The translations under genes and the position numbers were made by a program. A stretch of DNA of 62,774 nt, filler included. It is 5 parts of 5 records of this genome, joined end to end, with 100 filler letters (N's around TTAATTAATTAA, not from the genome) between each part and the next. Parts side by side here need not be neighbours in the genome. Positions count along the whole stretch, not along the records: positions 56,908 to 62,774 come from DRR723986_7353; 4 more parts are not named here. One strand, written 5' to 3'. The notes beneath the pieces were generated by a model. The model searched no databases and was not told where the DNA came from. It was given only the letters and a program-made list of their open reading frames with translations. Shown piece by piece: positions 59,696 to 62,774 of the stretch. Within the stretch, counting starts at the first letter, position 1; each line of letters starts with the position of its first letter.

Positions 59696-61018
59696 ATGGG
59701 CGACGAAAAGAAACTCTACATCAAAACCTATGGCTGTCAGATGAATGTCTATGACAGCGAGCGTATGGCCGAGGCCATGGGCGCGCAGGGCTATGTCAGC
59801 ACAGACACGCCAGAAGATGCCGATATGATCTTGCTGAACACCTGCCACATTCGCGAAAAGGCAGCGGAAAAAGTATATTCCGAACTTGGCCGCTTCAAAG
59901 GGCTAAAGGCCGCCCGCCCAGATCTGAAAATTGGCGTGGCAGGCTGCGTGGCCCAGGCCGAGGGCGCAGAAATCATGCGCCGCCAGCCGTTGGTTGATTT
60001 GGTCGTTGGGCCGCAAAGCTACCACCGCTTGCCCACGCTCGAGGCGCGCGCGCGCCAGGGCGAACGGGCAATCGACACGGATTTCCCCGAAGAGGATAAA
60101 TTCGAGGTTCTCAAAACCCGCCCCAAAGCGGCGCGTGGCCCCACCGCTTTTCTGACGGTGCAAGAAGGCTGCGACAAATTTTGTGCGTTCTGCGTGGTGC
60201 CCTATACCCGCGGCGCCGAGGTTAGCCGCCCCGTGGCGCGCATTTTGGCCGAGGCCCGCGATCTGGTGGAACGGGGGGTGCGCGAAATTACCCTTTTGGG
60301 CCAGAACGTAAATGCCTATCACGGCGCCGGCCCCGATGGCGATTGGGGCTTGGCCCGGCTGATTTGGGCGTTGAACGATGTCGATGGTCTGGAACGTATT
60401 CGCTTTACCACCAGCCACCCAAACGACATGGACGATGCGCTGATCGCAGCCCACGGCGAATGCGAAAAACTGATGCCCTATCTGCACCTGCCGGTGCAAT
60501 CGGGCAGTGACCGCATTTTGAAGCGGATGAATCGCAGCCACACGGCCGAGCAATATCTGCGCTTGATCGAACGTATCCGCCAGGCCCGCCCCGATATTTT
60601 GATGTCGGGCGATTTCATCGTGGGCTTCCCTGAAGAAAGCGATCAAGATTTCGAAGACACCATGGAACTGGTGCGCGCGGTCAATTACGGGCAGGCCTTT
60701 TCGTTTAAATATTCCACCCGCCCCGGCACCCCGGCCGCCGAACGGGCCTTGGTCGATCCGGCTGTGGCCGATGCGCGGCTGCAGCGCCTGCAGGCCCTGA
60801 TCACCCAACAGCAACGCGCCATCCAAGACAGTATGGTGGGTCGCGATGTGCAGGTGCTTTTTGAAAAGCCCGGCCGCCTGCCGGGCCAGATGGTGGGGAA
60901 ATCGCAGTATTTGCACGCGGTGCATGTCACAGGTGGCAGCCCAAAGGTGGGCGAAATTCATCGCGTGCGAATCGTTGAAAGCGGGCCAAATTCGCTGGCA
61001 GGCCAGCTTTTGGCCTGA
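59696..61018 (+). CDS. miaB: tRNA methylthiotransferase MiaB
   Basis: [34 protein letters not shown] radical-SAM motif, TRAM-like tail. Confidence 0.96.
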   Translation: MGDEKKLYIKTYGCQMNVYDSERMAEAMGAQGYVSTDTPEDADMILLNTCHIREKAAEKVYSELGRFKGLKAARPDLKIGVAGCVAQAEGAEIMRRQPLVDLVVGPQSYHRLPTLEARARQGERAIDTDFPEEDKFEVLKTRPKAARGPTAFLTVQEGCDKFCAFCVVPYTRGAEVSRPVARILAEARDLVERGVREITLLGQNVNAYHGAGPDGDWGLARLIWALNDVDGLERIRFTTSHPNDMDDALIAAHGECEKLMPYLHLPVQSGSDRILKRMNRSHTAEQYLRLIERIRQARPDILMSGDFIVGFPEESDQDFEDTMELVRAVNYGQAFSFKYSTRPGTPAAERALVDPAVADARLQRLQALITQQQRAIQDSMVGRDVQVLFEKPGRLPGQMVGKSQYLHAVHVTGGSPKVGEIHRVRIVESGPNSLAGQLLA

Positions 61019-61027
61019 ACCGCCCCG

Positions 61028-61086
61028 AAAAAGCCACGTTTCGCGCATATTCCGTTTCTATGCGCGAAACAAAGCGCGGCTTTTTT
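61028..61086 (+). terminator. Extended hairpin / probable terminator after miaB
   Basis: 12-bp stem gtttcgcgcata/tatgcgcgaaac inside an outer aaaaagcc/ggcttttt pairing, followed by a T-run. Confidence 0.6.
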
Positions 61087-61173
61087 CTCTTCACTTGCCC
61101 GTAGATTTACGCCATCCTCTTTAGGATAGATGTGTGGCCTTTTGTGTGTGTGCCCGGGGTGTTGGGGGAATAT

Positions 61174-61725
61174 ATGGTGCGTATTGGTTTTTTTGTAACC
61201 CGTGGGGCGGTTTTGTGCCTTGCTGCAGGCTTGTCTTTAGCGCCGCTGGGCGCGCAGGCGCAAACGGCAGAGCCCTATAAGCCGACAATCTGGATCGATC
61301 CTGACGGGTGTGAACACTGGGTCATGGATGATGGCCTGGAAGGCTATATGGATAATCATCTTACCCGCGAAGGCCGCCCCGTTTGCCGCAAAACCGAGGT
61401 GTGCGGCATCATGAACACCGATCAGTTCTTTGCCACCGACAGCGCCCGCCTGTCGCGCCCGGCCCAGGAAAAACTGGCGCAATTCTTCGCCAATTCGCCC
61501 GCGCGCGCCTTTATTATTGCAGGCCATACCGATAGCCGGGCCTCAGATGAATATAACATGCGCCTCAGCACTAACCGTGCCCGCGCGGTGGCGGCTGTGG
61601 GCCAAAGAGCGGGCGCCAACATCATCGATATCCGTGGCTATGGCGAACGGATGCCTGCCGCAGATAACGCCAGCGCCGAAGGCCGGGCGAAAAATCGGCG
61701 CGTCGAAATTTTGTGCTTTAAATAA
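61174..61725 (+). CDS. Periplasmic OmpA-like peptidoglycan-binding protein with N-terminal IWIDPxGCxHW module
   Basis: Signal peptide ending AQA; FATDSA, GHTDSRASDEYNMRLSTNRA, GYGE, NRRVEI. Confidence 0.88.
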   Translation: MVRIGFFVTRGAVLCLAAGLSLAPLGAQAQTAEPYKPTIWIDPDGCEHWVMDDGLEGYMDNHLTREGRPVCRKTEVCGIMNTDQFFATDSARLSRPAQEKLAQFFANSPARAFIIAGHTDSRASDEYNMRLSTNRARAVAAVGQRAGANIIDIRGYGERMPAADNASAEGRAKNRRVEILCFK

Positions 61726-61735
61726 GGGGTTTGCA

Positions 61736-62032
61736 GAGAATTCTTTTAGAATTGCAGCGCTTTTGGCTGTGGCTGCACCGCTGGCGGCTTGTGGTAACGG
61801 TGGCGATATGACCCGCGACACTGGCATCGGCGGCAAACATCTCAGCCAGCTGACCGCCGGCATCTGGATCGATCCCAACGGGTGCGACCACTGGATCATC
61901 GACGATGGCGCCGAGGGCTATCTCTCTAGCCGCCTTGATAAATACGGCAAGCCGGTCTGTTCAGGGGCAGGCGCGCCCAATACCGCGGTTGGCCCCTATA
62001 AATCGGGCTCGCGCCTGCCCGACCTGATGTAG
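61736..62032 (+). CDS. Small lipoprotein with IWIDPxGCxHW module (start codon uncertain)
   Basis: RIAALLAVAAPLAAC signal with lipobox; 20/33 identity to the OmpA N-terminal module; no well-placed ATG/GTG in frame. Confidence 0.7.
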   Translation, partial: ENSFRIAALLAVAAPLAACGNGGDMTRDTGIGGKHLSQLTAGIWIDPNGCDHWIIDDGAEGYLSSRLDKYGKPVCSGAGAPNTAVGPYKSGSRLPDLM

Positions 62033-62056
62033 GCGGGCACAGAGTGCAGCTTTTTT

Positions 62057-62086
62057 GCGCCATTGCCCCCGGGCAGTGGCGTTTTT
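62057..62086 (+). terminator. Putative intrinsic terminator after the lipoprotein
   Basis: gcgccattgcc / ggcagtggcgt stem followed by tttt. Confidence 0.65.
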
Positions 62087-62177
62087 CGTAACAGCTGTGC
62101 AACAGCGCCCAACCATATCTTGCGTTGCGCCGCACAACTTGGCACCATCAAGCCACACCGCTGACAAGGAGAGCTGT

Positions 62178-62774
62178 TTGGCTACCACTGTGCTGCCGCC
62201 CGCAACCGACCCCGCCACACAATCCGAGCGCATGCTGGATTTCCCCGATAACCGCCTGCTGATTGATCTGTGCGGTGAATACGATCGCAACCTCGCCGAG
62301 ATCGAACAAAAGCTGGGCGTGCAAATCTTGCGGCGCGGAAATCTTTTGGCGGTTTTGGGCGAGGATGACACCACCGCCGAGGCCGCCCGCATCTTAACCG
62401 CGCTCTATACCCGGCTCGAAGCGGGGCGCGCGGTCACCCGCGCCGATATCGATCGCGAATTGCGCATGGGCCAGCCCGACAGCGCCACTGGCCCGCAGGC
62501 GGGCGATCAGCTGGAAATGTTCCGCGGTGGCGCGATCGAGATCAAAACCCGCCGCAAACTGGTGGAACCGCGCACCGATGCGCAAAAGGCCTATGTGCAA
62601 AACCTCTTTAAACACGAGCTGTGTTTTGGCATCGGCCCGGCGGGCACCGGCAAAACCTATCTGGCGGTGGCGGCTGGTGTGAATATGTTCATCAACGGCC
62701 AGGTCGATCGCATCATCCTCAGCCGCCCCGCGGTCGAGGCGGGTGAAAAGCTGGGCTATCTGCCCGGCGACATG
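62178..62774 (+). CDS. phoH: PhoH-family ATPase (YbeZ-like), 3'-truncated; absent from the ORF track
   Basis: AAGGAG RBS plus TTG 62178; FPDNRLLIDLCGEYDRNL, GPAGTGKTYLAVA, RIILSRPAVEAGEKLGYLPGD. Confidence 0.92.
   Translation, partial: MATTVLPPATDPATQSERMLDFPDNRLLIDLCGEYDRNLAEIEQKLGVQILRRGNLLAVLGEDDTTAEAARILTALYTRLEAGRAVTRADIDRELRMGQPDSATGPQAGDQLEMFRGGAIEIKTRRKLVEPRTDAQKAYVQNLFKHELCFGIGPAGTGKTYLAVAAGVNMFINGQVDRIILSRPAVEAGEKLGYLPGDM

Noticed and set aside
61430-61735. N-terminal half of the 200-aa ORF 61430-62032
   Set aside because: Overlaps the OmpA gene in another frame; only the part from about 61736 has a signal peptide and the conserved module.

Overview
This window is not one replicon. 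It is five sequence fragments joined by identical 100-bp N-spacers carrying TTAATTAATTAA. (1) 1-13455, GC-rich, probably gammaproteobacterial (Halieaceae/Cellvibrionales-like, inferred): GH13_18 phosphorylase, fabV, an MBL hydrolase, an acyl-CoA ligase, then a steroid C/D-ring (HIP) catabolic operon fadD3-[lrp1-lrp2]-ipdA-ipdB-ipdC-echA20-fadE31-fadE32. Two tightly overlapping Lrp/AsnC regulators are embedded in it. (2) 13556-37751, Caulobacterales/Hyphomonadaceae-like: rne, a beta-oxidation operon with LiuR-type operators and its MerR regulator, podJ with CtrA boxes, an active plus apparently inactive secreted amidohydrolase pair, an acyltransferase, and gcvT-H-PA-PB behind a tandem glycine riboswitch. 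(3) 37852-47438, AT-rich alphaproteobacterial-like: PEP-CTERM/XrtA-type sugar transferase, PrsT, GT4 and galE with no prsK/prsR between them, a catalytically degenerate CobT homolog, and a Pro/Glu-repeat surface protein. (4) 47539-56807, Rhodobacteraceae-like surface polysaccharide cluster (GT14-like, GT2, GT4, galE, galU, GT2, cysQ, KpsM-like permease) and SH3 proteins. (5) 56908-62774, Rhodobacteraceae-like: DEAD helicase, degenerate GT2-like protein, miaB, an OmpA protein and a small lipoprotein sharing a 33-aa Cys-bounded module, and phoH. I saw no CRISPR array, tRNA, rRNA or mobile element. Best candidates for undescribed systems: the Lrp pair in the steroid operon, the OmpA/lipoprotein shared module, the amidohydrolase pair and the CobT pseudo-enzyme. 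All family calls come from recalled motifs, not database searches.
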